DNA from: Chloroflexota bacterium
Lineage (GTDB): Bacteria > Chloroflexota > Limnocylindria > Limnocylindrales > CSP1-4
Length of the DNA: 64,000 nt
NCBI GenBank assembly: GCA_025454515.1
Contig: JALOOH010000005.1
Coordinates: 84-64,083, forward strand
Direction of reading: 5' to 3'
Below are positions 1 to 8,673 of this stretch, piece after piece (the first letter of the stretch is position 1; every line of letters starts with the position of its first letter). The notes beneath the pieces are model-generated. The model made no database searches and was not told the origin of the DNA. It worked only from the letters and a program-made list of their open reading frames with translations. The position numbers were made by a program, and so were the translations under genes.

Positions 1-228
1 GAGCGCGACGTCGTCCACGTCGCGCGTCGCGACGATCGGCCACGTCCGCGAGACGTCGTCCACGACCGACTCGGAGCGCACCGCCTCGGCGGCCCCGCGG
101 TCGGCACCGCGCCGGCGAGGCATCGACGGCGACCGGTAGACGCGGCGCTCGATCGCCCGCCATCCGAGCACCTCGAGCTCGCGGGCGACCGCGGGCGGGA
201 GCGCAGAAGCCGTGGCGCGCATGCGCAT
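1..228 (-). CDS. hypothetical protein, N-terminal part only (gene continues beyond window start)
   Basis: Minus-strand frame reads MRMRATASALPPAVARELEVLGWRAIERRVYRSPS..., preceded by a strong RBS (ggaggaggg, 9 nt before the ATG). The frame stays open upstream to a GTG near 366, so the true start is uncertain. It lies 50 nt downstream of the PTS IIC-IID stop on the same strand. No family recognised. Confidence 0.35.
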   Translation of the reverse strand, partial: MRMRATASALPPAVARELEVLGWRAIERRVYRSPSMPRRRGADRGAAEAVRSESVVDDVSRTWPIVATRDVDDVAL

Positions 229-419
229 GCCCGTCGTGCCCTCCTCCACGCGGACCCGGACCGCCGCGGACCGCCCGATCCGCACGTCCGCCTCGCCGCC
301 GGCTCGCACGGTGCTCTCGAGCGCGCGGACGATGGCGGCCAGCTCCGGGTCCGTGTCCTGGGCCACGGCGCGATGATGCGCTGTCGCGGGCCCCGCGTCA
401 GCCCGGACGCGGAGGCGCG

Positions 420-2432
420 CTACTCCGTCGCCGGCGAAGCCGACGGCGACGGCTCGGGGCACGGGCCGTACGGCTGGAAGAGGGCCGAGCCGCACTGGTC
501 CGTCACGTACTGCGGCGCGTCGCCGAAGAACGGGTACGAGCCGACGATCGACGCCGCGAGGTACACGACGAGCAGCAGCAGCGGGCTCACCCGGCGCCGC
601 AGGAGCCACCACGTCCCGAGGATGAGCGCGAGGGGCAGGAGCCCCGGGAGGACCTTGTCGAGCAGGCCGCGCTGCAGCTCCAGGTACGCGCTCCCGATCG
701 TCACGGTCGGCGCCAGCCACAGGGAGACGAACGTGGCGCCGAGCGCCCCGAGGACGAGGTTGCCGAGCACGCTCGCCCCGGTGACGAGCTGGCCGAGCCG
801 CCCGTCGCGGAGCACGTCCACGATGAGGCCGCGGCCGCGCGCGTACCCCTGCATGAAGAAGACGTAGCCGACGACGAGAAGGAACGCGGTCTCCAGGACC
901 AGGTAGACGATCGGGCCGAGAGGGTTCCCGGTCACCGCCGTGAGGTCGGGCGGCTGGCCGTTGATGACGGTGGGCACGCCGGTGATCGAGATCCCCAGCG
1001 CGAGAAGGAGCGGCGTCACGGTCCCCTGCGTGATGGTGTCGCCGATCCCGGCGACCGGGCCCATGAGCCCCGTCTTCACCGAGTTGATCGCGTCGTCGTC
1101 GATGTCGGCTCCGCCCGCGCGCTGCTCCTCCATCGCGATGACGGCGCCATTGATCGCGCCGCCGAACTCCGGCGAGGTGTTGTAGAAGACGAGGTGGCGG
1201 CGCATCGCCCCCTTGATCTCCTCGGGCGCCGTGTACAGCCGGCGGATGATCGGGGCCATGGCGTGCGCGAAGCCCGTCGCCTGGAGCCGCTCGTAGTTGT
1301 AGTTCGCGTGGGCGAAGAACGTCCACAGCAGCCACGAGCGATGGACGTCCACGCGCGACACGCGCGGCCCCGCAGGAACGGCCGAGGTGCCCGGCCCGCC
1401 CGGCTCCGACGACGCTGCCGGCGTGCCTTCCATCGCGGCGGGCTCCGGGGCGGGGGGTGGCGGCGTGGCCGGTGCGTCCCTCCCCGTCCCGGGCAGGGGT
1501 GCCGGCGTGGTGGTGAACACCACGTGGAGCGCGGCGATCGCGAGGCCGAGGGCGCCGATGACGACGATGGGCAGGGTCCGGCCCGAGGCGATGACCATGA
1601 AGTAGCCGATGAAGAAGTAGGGCGAGAACGGCCACCGGAAGATGAACCGCATGTTCATCGCGATGCCGATCGCGGGCAGCACGCCGCCGGCCACCGCGAG
1701 CCCCGAGATCACCCAGACCGGCAGCTCGTGCAGCAGGTCCACGATGAATGGGACGCCGTTGAGGGTCGCGAGGAAGACGGGGACGAACGTGAGGACGAGC
1801 AGGAAGATCTGCGGGTAGATGACGTTCGCGAGGGTCAGGCCGGGCAGCCATCCGCGCTCGGCGTAGCGGTCGGCGAGGTGGACGAACGCCGAGTCCACCG
1901 TCATCCGCGTGTAGAAGGTCACCGTCCCCAGCAGCCCGAGCGGGACCGCGAGCGCGAGGGCCTCCCCGTACGAGAGGCCGCCGGCGATCGCGATCGTCGT
2001 CCCGAGCCAGCCGGCGAGCGACGGGTCGCTCGGGATCGAGCCGCCTGCCGCGATGAACCCGAGGTAGAAGAGGTTGATCGTCGCGCCGATCAGCGCCCCC
2101 TCCGCCGGATCGCCGAGGATGATGCCGACGCACAGGCCCGCGACGAGCGGGCGATAGAACGTGAAGAAGTTCGCGCCGAACCACCAGGGGCTGAAGGAGA
2201 AGTAGTAGCCCAGCCCGATGAGCGCCGCCTGGAGCGGCGTGACCGTCACGGCCGTCGACGTCGACGCGTCCGCGCCGATCGCGGTCCCGGGCAGGAGCCC
2301 GACGGTCACGACCGCGATCGCGGCTGCCGCGAGCCCGATGAGCGATGCCGCCGCGCGCAGCCGCCGGTCGCCGGCGGCGCGGGCAACGGGCCGCCCGGAG
2401 CGCGACCGGCGGATGCGGGTGAGGGTCGTCAT
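420..2432 (-). CDS. PTS mannose/fructose/sorbose-family EIIC-EIID fusion protein
   Basis: One continuous ORF. The N-terminal half is a polytopic IIC-like membrane domain (LIGLGYYFSFSPWWFGANFF...). A Pro/Ala/Thr linker follows, then an IID domain with the hallmark HRSWLLWTFFAHANYNYERLQATGFAHAMAPIIRRLY...HLVFYNTSPEF...VIAMEEQ. There is no stop between the two domains. ATG at 2430-2432 overlaps the IIB stop (ATGA); the first ~35 aa are Arg-rich, so the true start may be an internal GTG. Confidence 0.8.
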   Translation of the reverse strand: MTTLTRIRRSRSGRPVARAAGDRRLRAAASLIGLAAAAIAVVTVGLLPGTAIGADASTSTAVTVTPLQAALIGLGYYFSFSPWWFGANFFTFYRPLVAGLCVGIILGDPAEGALIGATINLFYLGFIAAGGSIPSDPSLAGWLGTTIAIAGGLSYGEALALAVPLGLLGTVTFYTRMTVDSAFVHLADRYAERGWLPGLTLANVIYPQIFLLVLTFVPVFLATLNGVPFIVDLLHELPVWVISGLAVAGGVLPAIGIAMNMRFIFRWPFSPYFFIGYFMVIASGRTLPIVVIGALGLAIAALHVVFTTTPAPLPGTGRDAPATPPPPAPEPAAMEGTPAASSEPGGPGTSAVPAGPRVSRVDVHRSWLLWTFFAHANYNYERLQATGFAHAMAPIIRRLYTAPEEIKGAMRRHLVFYNTSPEFGGAINGAVIAMEEQRAGGADIDDDAINSVKTGLMGPVAGIGDTITQGTVTPLLLALGISITGVPTVINGQPPDLTAVTGNPLGPIVYLVLETAFLLVVGYVFFMQGYARGRGLIVDVLRDGRLGQLVTGASVLGNLVLGALGATFVSLWLAPTVTIGSAYLELQRGLLDKVLPGLLPLALILGTWWLLRRRVSPLLLLVVYLAASIVGSYPFFGDAPQYVTDQCGSALFQPYGPCPEPSPSASPATE

Positions 2433-2908
2433 GTTCGGTCCACCGAGGCGAATGGTACGGGCCGGTCGTCGGCGACGATGCGGATCTCCACCGGCGTGCC
2501 GAGCGCCTCGATCTCGCGGAGCGCCGCACGCTCCTCGTCGCTCGCGGAGATCGTGCGGTAGAGCGGACGCCTGCCGGGTCCGGCGCCGATCCCGCCCAGG
2601 TTCACGGCCCCGATCGGCACGCCCGCGCGGAGGAGCGCGAGCGCGGTCACGGGCGACTTCACGAGGACGAAGCACGCGTCGTGGGCGCTGGCCCGCGCCG
2701 TGACTCGCGGCGCCGCGGACGCGACGTCGAGGACCTCGACCGGCACGCCGATGGGCGCTGCGAGGGTGAGGACGTCCACGAGGAACGGATCGGCGGCGAC
2801 ACGGTCGTCCACGATGACGATGCGGTCGGCGCCGACCGCCCGGAGCCAGACGGCGACGACCTGTCCGTGGATGAGGCGGTCGTCCACCCGGACGAGGCGG
2901 AGTGTCAC
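2429..2908 (-). CDS. PTS mannose-family EIIB component
   Basis: MTLRLVRVDDRLIHGQVVAVW... matches the IIB(Man) phospho-histidine motif (RIDDRLIHGQV). 4-nt overlaps with the genes on both sides. Confidence 0.8.
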   Translation of the reverse strand: MTLRLVRVDDRLIHGQVVAVWLRAVGADRIVIVDDRVAADPFLVDVLTLAAPIGVPVEVLDVASAAPRVTARASAHDACFVLVKSPVTALALLRAGVPIGAVNLGGIGAGPGRRPLYRTISASDEERAALREIEALGTPVEIRIVADDRPVPFASVDRT

Positions 2909-3315
2909 GACCGGCCCCGCGCCGCAAGGCGGGCCGTGACGTCCACGATGCCGGCGCGTCCGGTCTCGACGAGCCGTCCCACCGCGCCGTCGCCGAGTCC
3001 GTCCGGGCTGGTGGCAGCCTCGACGAGCATCCCGAGCGTGACGCCCGCGAGGACGGTCGTGCCTGGGCGGTCGGCGGCGATCGTCGCCGCGACGATGCTC
3101 GGCGTGCCCCCGTCGAGGTCCGTGAGCACGAGGACGGGGCGCGCGTCCAGCTCGATCGCGCGGCGGAGCTCCACGGCGAACGTCTCCGGGGACTCCGACG
3201 GTGCGATCCCGACGGCCGTCACGTCGCGCAGCTCGCCGCAGATCAGTTCCGCGCTCCTGACGAGCGCGGCGGCGAGGCCGCTGTGCGCGGCGACGACGAT
3301 CCGGAAGTCGCGCAA
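2905..3315 (-). CDS. PTS mannose-family EIIA component
   Basis: ...RIVVAAHSGLAAALVRSAELI...VLVLTDLDGGTP matches IIA(Man) (IvxaHG...DL.GGSP). The track ORF extends to an ATG at 3357. I prefer the TTG at 3315, which is preceded by ggaggg with a 5-nt spacer. Confidence 0.7.
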   Translation of the reverse strand: MRDFRIVVAAHSGLAAALVRSAELICGELRDVTAVGIAPSESPETFAVELRRAIELDARPVLVLTDLDGGTPSIVAATIAADRPGTTVLAGVTLGMLVEAATSPDGLGDGAVGRLVETGRAGIVDVTARLAARGRS

Positions 3316-3462
3316 CCGATCCCTCCGTTGGTCTCGCGCGGGGACGCCCGGGGGCATCGGCGCGGGCGTGCCCCCGACGCGGTCGATTCTACGGGACGGC
3401 GCGGCCGGGCAGGTACCCCGCCGCCATCCGGAACCGGCCGGGGCCGGCGGTACACTGCCCGC

Positions 3463-3537
3463 GGGCCCGTAGCTCAGCGGCAGAGCAGGCGGCTTTTAAC
3501 CGCTTGGTCCTGGGTTCGAATCCCAGCGGGCTCACCA
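3463..3537 (+). tRNA. tRNA-Lys (anticodon UUU)
   Basis: Cloverleaf: acceptor gggcccg/cgggctc (one G-U pair), D arm tagctcagcggcagagca, anticodon stem-loop ggcgg-cttttaa-ccgct (U33, UUU, A37), T arm ctggg-ttcgaat-cccag, discriminator A, encoded CCA. Confidence 0.9.
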
Positions 3538-3698
3538 TCTCCCGGCTTCGCGACCTGGCGGTCCCCTCGTACGAACGACGCATCGTCGCCCGGACGACCG
3601 CGCCATGGGCCGGTGCGCGGCATGCCCGTAGCCTCGCTCCCAGACCGGTGCGTCCCCTCGGTCTGCCAACGGGATCGCAGGAACCGGGAGGATCGGAG

Positions 3699-4940
3699 AT
3701 GGCCCGTCGACTGGCGGCGCTCGCTGCCGTGGGCTTCGTCGCAGCACTGCTGGTCATGGCCGTCCCTCCGGCCGGGCCCGCGCGGGCAGCGGGCGGATAC
3801 CTGTACAACGCCCGGATGACCAGCGGGATCGCGCGCATCGCGGCGGATGGGTCGGGGTTCACGGACGGGTTCGTCGCTCCGGGAGGATCCGCGCTCGACG
3901 TCGCTGCGGACGCGGCGCACCTGTACTGGATGGACCAGGTCGGCGCCCGGATCGGACGGTCCGACCTGGACGGGACCGGGGTGGACCCGTCCTTCATCAC
4001 GATCGGAGCCGACGGGACCGGCCTCGCGGTCGACGCCTCCCACATCTACTGGATGCACAGCTCCGGCGGCGTGTGGGCGATCGGCCGCGCGAACCTCGAC
4101 GGGACCGGCGTGACCCCCGTGTTCATCGCCGGGTCGGCCTCGATGACGAACGGGGGCGTGGCCGTCGACGGCACCCATCTCTACTGGACGAACTTCGCCA
4201 GCGGGACCGGGTCGACGATCGGCCGCGCGAACCTCGACGGGACGGGGGCGGATCCCGCGTGGCTGTCCGGGCTCACCGCGCCGTGCCGCGTGGTGGCCGC
4301 GGGCGGCTTCGTCTACTGGTCGAGCTGGGCCACCATCGGCGCGATCGGCCGCGCGAGCACGGCCGATCCCGTGGCCTCCACCCTCGTCCCGGCCCTCTCT
4401 CGGCCGTGGGGCCTGGCCGTGGACGCGCAGCACGTGTACTGGACCGTCGGCAACACCGCGTCGATCGGTCGTTCCGGCATCGACGGGAGCGACGCCACCA
4501 GCTCGTGGGTGACCGGCCTCGTCGGCTTCGGCCGCGGACTCGCGACCGACGGCACGGGCGCTCCGCCCGAACCCACGCCGAGCCCGTCGCCGACACCCAC
4601 CGCGAGCCCGACCACCTCGCCCACGCCGAGCCCGAGTCCATCGCCCAGCCCGAGCCCGGCCGCGGCGACGCCCTCGCCAACACCCGGGCCGACCCTCGTC
4701 CCGACGGTGACGTCCTTCAGCCCGCGGGCAGGCGTCCACGGCAGTCTCGTCACGATCTTCGGGACCAACCTCGGCTACGTCAGGTCCGTGACCTTCGGCG
4801 GGGTCCCTGCGACCTTCTCCGTCCGCAGCCCCACCACGATCGTCGCCCGGGTGCCGGCCGGGGCGACGACGGGACCGATCGGCGTGACGTCGCCGTTCGG
4901 GTCGGCGGTAGGCCCGGGAAGCTTCATCGTCCTGCACTGA
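3699..4940 (+). CDS. secreted six-bladed YWTD (LDL-receptor class B) beta-propeller protein with Pro/Thr/Ser linker and C-terminal IPT/TIG domain
   Basis: RBS gggagga then ATG at 3699. Signal peptide MARRLAALAAVGFVAALLVMAVPPAGPARA. Six repeats of IGR(A/S)xLDGTG...HxYW (HLYWMD, HIYWMH, HLYWTN, FVYWSS, HVYWTV). Then an [31 protein letters not shown] linker and a TIG-like beta domain (VTSFSPRAGVHGSLVTIFGTNLG...). Confidence 0.75.
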   Translation: MARRLAALAAVGFVAALLVMAVPPAGPARAAGGYLYNARMTSGIARIAADGSGFTDGFVAPGGSALDVAADAAHLYWMDQVGARIGRSDLDGTGVDPSFITIGADGTGLAVDASHIYWMHSSGGVWAIGRANLDGTGVTPVFIAGSASMTNGGVAVDGTHLYWTNFASGTGSTIGRANLDGTGADPAWLSGLTAPCRVVAAGGFVYWSSWATIGAIGRASTADPVASTLVPALSRPWGLAVDAQHVYWTVGNTASIGRSGIDGSDATSSWVTGLVGFGRGLATDGTGAPPEPTPSPSPTPTASPTTSPTPSPSPSPSPSPAAATPSPTPGPTLVPTVTSFSPRAGVHGSLVTIFGTNLGYVRSVTFGGVPATFSVRSPTTIVARVPAGATTGPIGVTSPFGSAVGPGSFIVLH

Positions 4941-5002
4941 CCGGCGCGGGACGGGTGGGCCCCCAGCCTCACGGCGCCGGCCCCCCTCCGCCCGCGCCCG
5001 TA

Positions 5003-5038
5003 CCACCGCCGACGCCGCCTCGGCCGCGTCGGCGGTGG
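5003..5038. terminator. bidirectional hairpin terminator between convergent genes
   Basis: 13-bp perfect inverted repeat ccaccgccgacgc...gcgtcggcggtgg between the YWTD gene (+) and the S8 protease gene (-). Confidence 0.5.
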
Positions 5039-5040
5039 CC

Positions 5041-7290
5041 CTACTTCGCGTTCACCTCCAGCCAGTCGGTCGAGGCGCCGGCGACGTCCGGCGCGGCGAC
5101 CGGGGACCACTCGAAGGCGATCCGCCAGAGGCCGCGCGTCCATCGCACGTCGAACGTCCAGGTCGCCTCGCGTCCCGCGCTCGGGCCGAGCCAGGCGGTC
5201 ACGGTCCGCCACTCGTTCCCGAACCGGACCTGGACACGAGCCGTCGGGCCCACGGAGGCGAGCACGCCGTCCGCAGGAGCCGCCGGGTCGACGGTCACGG
5301 CGTACCGGACCACCGTGTTCGCTGCGATGTTCCTCCCCGGTGGGTCGGCCGTGATCGAGATGCGGGCCACGACCCTCAGCACCGCCGGCTCGCTCTCGCC
5401 GTCCTGCTCGCCTTCGACCGAGGCCAGGCGGGCGCGGAGGAGGTCGCCCCGTCGCGCCGGCCACGAGACCTCGGCCGCGCCGTCGTCCCGTGCGGTGCCG
5501 GAGGCGACCTTCGCCCACGCGCCATCCCGCCACGCCTCGATCACGACGCGCCGACCGGCGGCCGCGGCCGGTCCGGCGACGCGGCCCATCACGCGCGTGC
5601 CGTACGGGACCGGCTTCGACGGCAGCGTGAGCGTGAGGGCGAGCCGCTCCGGCGCCGCCGGGACGGTCGCCGGGGGCGTGCCCAGATGGACGAGCCCGGC
5701 GCCGACCTCGCGGATCTCCGCGTTCGGCACCGGCACCGTGGAGGCGCGCAGCGCATCCGCCAGCGCGACCGGATCCCGGAGCGACGGGTCCGCTGCGAGG
5801 AGGAGCGCCGCGACGCCCACCGTGGACGGTGCGCTCTGGCTCGTGCCGCAGAAGGGATCGTACGTGGCGGTCGCCCCGCAGTCGGGGGCGACGAGGTCGG
5901 GCTTCTGGCGCCCGTCACGCGTCGGCCCGTGGGAGCTGAACCACTCCACGAAGTCGGGCGTCCCCACGCGCACGGCACCCGCCGCGATCGCACCGGGGTT
6001 CCTCGAGTCCACGGGCGAGGGGAGGGACGGCGTATCCGTCCGGAATCCGAGCGTGGTGGAAGCGCTCAGCTCGAACCGCGCCGGCGGTCCGGCCCATCGT
6101 GAGACGCCGATCCCGTACCAGCCGCTCTCCGGGGCCACGTACACGAGCCACTCGACCGGCTCGCCGGTCCGTGCGTTCGTGTCGACCGAGTCGTCGACGT
6201 CCACCACGCCGTCCGGGCTGTAGAGGATGAGGTCGAGGTCGGTCCTCGGCTTCTCCCAGGAGTCGGCCCAGCGCAGGGCGACGAACGCCGCCTCGTCCTC
6301 GTCGAGCCAGATCCGGTTCGCGTCGGCGCCCGTGGCGAAGTCGTGGAGGGCCGTGTTGCCGCCGCCCCCGTCGAACATCGCCTCGTAGACGCCATGGTCC
6401 TCGTTGCCCGCCGCGTTCACCCACAGCATCCCATGGGAGACCGCGTGGTCCACGAACGCATAGAAGGTGAGGTCCTCCTCCGCGTACGAGCCGTCCCCCG
6501 GCCCCTCGAAGGTCGCCGCTGCCCCGAAGGACGCGTTCACGATCCGGACACCCTCCGCGGCGAACCAGTCGATCGCGTCCATCGTCTGGAGGTAGGTGTA
6601 CGGCTCCGCGAGGTAGAGCTCCGCCTCAGGGGCGATCGAGGCGATGGTCTCGGCGACCGCCACGCCGTGCGGTCCCGACCACCGATCCTCGCAGGCGCCG
6701 ACGGTCACCCCGATGGGGGACGACCCGTCAAGCCAGGACGACCAGCAGCGCACGTGCACCGGGTTGGGGATCTCGGATCCGAGCCGGTCCTCGAGTCCCT
6801 CGAACTCGTCGATCACGCCGATCTTCACCCCGGCTCCACCGATGCCCGCCTCGGACCAGACGTTCGCCCCCACGGTCTGGGCGACGCGCGTCGCCGCCGG
6901 ACGCCACAGGGGCCGCGCGAGCGACCGCACGCGACGGACACGCACGTCCGTGCCGAGCTCCGCGAGCGACCCGGCGGGCACGGTCGCCTCGATCGACGAC
7001 CCGCCCATGGCGAGCAGGGTCCCGCCGAGGCGCGTGACCAGCCGGGCCACGCCCCGGCCTGCCGCCGCATCCGCGACGCCGATCGACACGGCGACCGGGT
7101 CCGACGCCGCGTAGGCGCGCGCCGCCACCTCGATGAGGTCGCCCGGAAGCACGCCGATGGGGTCCGGGTGGTCGGGGAGGGAGAGTGCCCGGGGCGTCGT
7201 TGCCGTCGCGGGCGTCGCGAAGGCCGTGCTCCCGACGAGCACGAGCCCGGCGATCGACGCGCTGACCGCATGGATCCTTCGCGCGCGCAT
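5041..7290 (-). CDS. secreted subtilisin-like serine protease (peptidase S8) with C-terminal beta-rich domain
   Basis: Start MRARRIHAVSASIAGLVLVGSTAFA (signal peptide; RBS ggaggtg). Catalytic triad motifs VKIGVIDEFEG (Asp), HGVAVAETIASIAPEAELY (His), GTSQSAPSTVGVAAL (Ser). Confidence 0.85.
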   Translation of the reverse strand: MRARRIHAVSASIAGLVLVGSTAFATPATATTPRALSLPDHPDPIGVLPGDLIEVAARAYAASDPVAVSIGVADAAAGRGVARLVTRLGGTLLAMGGSSIEATVPAGSLAELGTDVRVRRVRSLARPLWRPAATRVAQTVGANVWSEAGIGGAGVKIGVIDEFEGLEDRLGSEIPNPVHVRCWSSWLDGSSPIGVTVGACEDRWSGPHGVAVAETIASIAPEAELYLAEPYTYLQTMDAIDWFAAEGVRIVNASFGAAATFEGPGDGSYAEEDLTFYAFVDHAVSHGMLWVNAAGNEDHGVYEAMFDGGGGNTALHDFATGADANRIWLDEDEAAFVALRWADSWEKPRTDLDLILYSPDGVVDVDDSVDTNARTGEPVEWLVYVAPESGWYGIGVSRWAGPPARFELSASTTLGFRTDTPSLPSPVDSRNPGAIAAGAVRVGTPDFVEWFSSHGPTRDGRQKPDLVAPDCGATATYDPFCGTSQSAPSTVGVAALLLAADPSLRDPVALADALRASTVPVPNAEIREVGAGLVHLGTPPATVPAAPERLALTLTLPSKPVPYGTRVMGRVAGPAAAAGRRVVIEAWRDGAWAKVASGTARDDGAAEVSWPARRGDLLRARLASVEGEQDGESEPAVLRVVARISITADPPGRNIAANTVVRYAVTVDPAAPADGVLASVGPTARVQVRFGNEWRTVTAWLGPSAGREATWTFDVRWTRGLWRIAFEWSPVAAPDVAGASTDWLEVNAK

Positions 7291-7421
7291 GTCGCACCTC
7301 CGCCACGGTGGGGCACGGCCCATCGGGTCGGGTGCAGCATGCGTGCCGCCGGTGCCGGGCGACAGTGCCGGTCCGCCTCGCGCTCGTCACGAGCCCGTGC
7401 CGGTGGCCGCGCCCGCGGTCC

Positions 7422-8075
7422 TCAGGCCGGGCGGCCGGCCTCTCGTCGCACGGCCATCTCTGCGGCCGCCAGGGCCTCCAGGCGCAGGACGGCCAGCTCC
7501 AGGTCGGGCAGGAAGCGGCTCCCCGGGAGGCGGCGCGCCAGCGCCGCCTGGCAGGCCCGGTAGTAGGCGGCGATCCGGTCGGGCGGAGCGTTGAAGCGAT
7601 CCCACGCGCGCGGGTCCGCCGCCGCGTCGGACGCGATCGCCCGCGCGTTGTGGAGCTTGTCGCCCAGCGCGACGCGCAGGATCCCGGCGTCCGTCTCCTC
7701 GCCGAGCCGGGCGACGTAGGCAGCCTTCCGCACCTCCCACGGTCCCTTGTCGCGCGGGTCCTCGACGAGGGAGTCGCTGCACGCCCGGACGATCTCCGCG
7801 ACGCGGCCGCCGAATCGGTGCGCGATGTCCTCGAGGCGCGGCTCGCCCCCCTGGTCCTCGGCGGCATCGTGCAGCAACGCCCCGACGACCGCGTCCTCGT
7901 CGCCCCCGTCCTCCATGACGATCGACGCGACGGCGAGGAGGTGCGAGACGTAGGGCACCGGGCCGCCCTTCCGGACCTGCGCGCCGTGGAGGGCGAGCGC
8001 ATAGCGGAACGCCTCCTCGGTGCGCCGCCCGAAGTGCGGGACGCGGGGCGAGCGGCGGATCGTCTCTTCGGTCAT
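7422..8075 (-). CDS. HD-domain phosphohydrolase
   Basis: MTEETIRRSPRVPHFG...YVSHLLAVASIVMEDGGDEDAVVGALLHDAAEDQ carries the H...HD metal-binding signature. The track ORF begins far upstream in Arg-rich sequence; the start was placed at the ATG where protein-like sequence begins. Confidence 0.75.
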   Translation of the reverse strand: MTEETIRRSPRVPHFGRRTEEAFRYALALHGAQVRKGGPVPYVSHLLAVASIVMEDGGDEDAVVGALLHDAAEDQGGEPRLEDIAHRFGGRVAEIVRACSDSLVEDPRDKGPWEVRKAAYVARLGEETDAGILRVALGDKLHNARAIASDAAADPRAWDRFNAPPDRIAAYYRACQAALARRLPGSRFLPDLELAVLRLEALAAAEMAVRREAGRPA

Positions 8076-8671
8076 GCCGTCGTCTCCAGGGTGGCCGGAC
8101 GTCCGTCCCGCGTCCGCGCCAGGGTGGTGGTCAGCGCGCGACGCGCCCCGTCGGGCGATGGGCCGGATCCGGTCGGCGACGGGCTCGCGCCCGCGGGCGG
8201 CAGGCCCAGGGTCGCGCGAAGCCGCTCGACCGCCGCGTGGAACGCCTCGCCTCCGGCGCCGAGGATCGGCGCGAGCGCCTCCGCCTGCGCCTCGCCGGTC
8301 GCCCGGGCGGCCGCGCGGAACGCTGCCTCCCGGTCGCGCGCGAGGCGGATCACCTCGTCGGCGGCCGCCTTCACGTCGCCCGCGGTCGGGACGGCCGCGA
8401 GCCCGTCGGCGAAGGTCTTCTCCACGTCGGCGAGGCCCCGCAGGATGGGCGCCCGGGCGGCCGTGTCCTCCGTCGACGCGAGCGCCGCGAGCAGCGGTGC
8501 CGACGCCGCATTGGCGGCGGACGCGAGCGCTTCGTAGCTCGCGTCGAGTGACTCCGTGGATGCAGCCTGGCACGCGACGAGGGATGCCGCGACGAGGGGC
8601 GCCGCGACGAGCGCGAGAGCCGCGGTGCGGAGAGCGACGGCCCACCGGACGGGGCGGGACGACGCGGCCAC
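8072..8671 (-). CDS. Ala-rich putative lipoprotein
   Basis: Signal peptide plus lipobox (ALALVAAPLVAASLVAC). 4-nt overlap with the downstream HD gene. No recognisable domain. Composition resembles the GC bias, so confidence is moderate. Confidence 0.5.
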   Translation of the reverse strand: MAASSRPVRWAVALRTAALALVAAPLVAASLVACQAASTESLDASYEALASAANAASAPLLAALASTEDTAARAPILRGLADVEKTFADGLAAVPTAGDVKAAADEVIRLARDREAAFRAAARATGEAQAEALAPILGAGGEAFHAAVERLRATLGLPPAGASPSPTGSGPSPDGARRALTTTLARTRDGRPATLETTA

Positions 8672-8673
8672 CC

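Noticed and set aside
420-1500. Separate IID gene with its own start inside the IIC-IID ORF
   Set aside because: There is no stop codon between the IIC and IID domains in this frame, so a separate IIC product is impossible without a sequencing error. Reported as a fusion.
3400-3700. Integrase or mobile element adjacent to tRNA-Lys
   Set aside because: No integrase, recombinase or transposase ORF and no duplicated tRNA 3'-end repeat found in the flanks.
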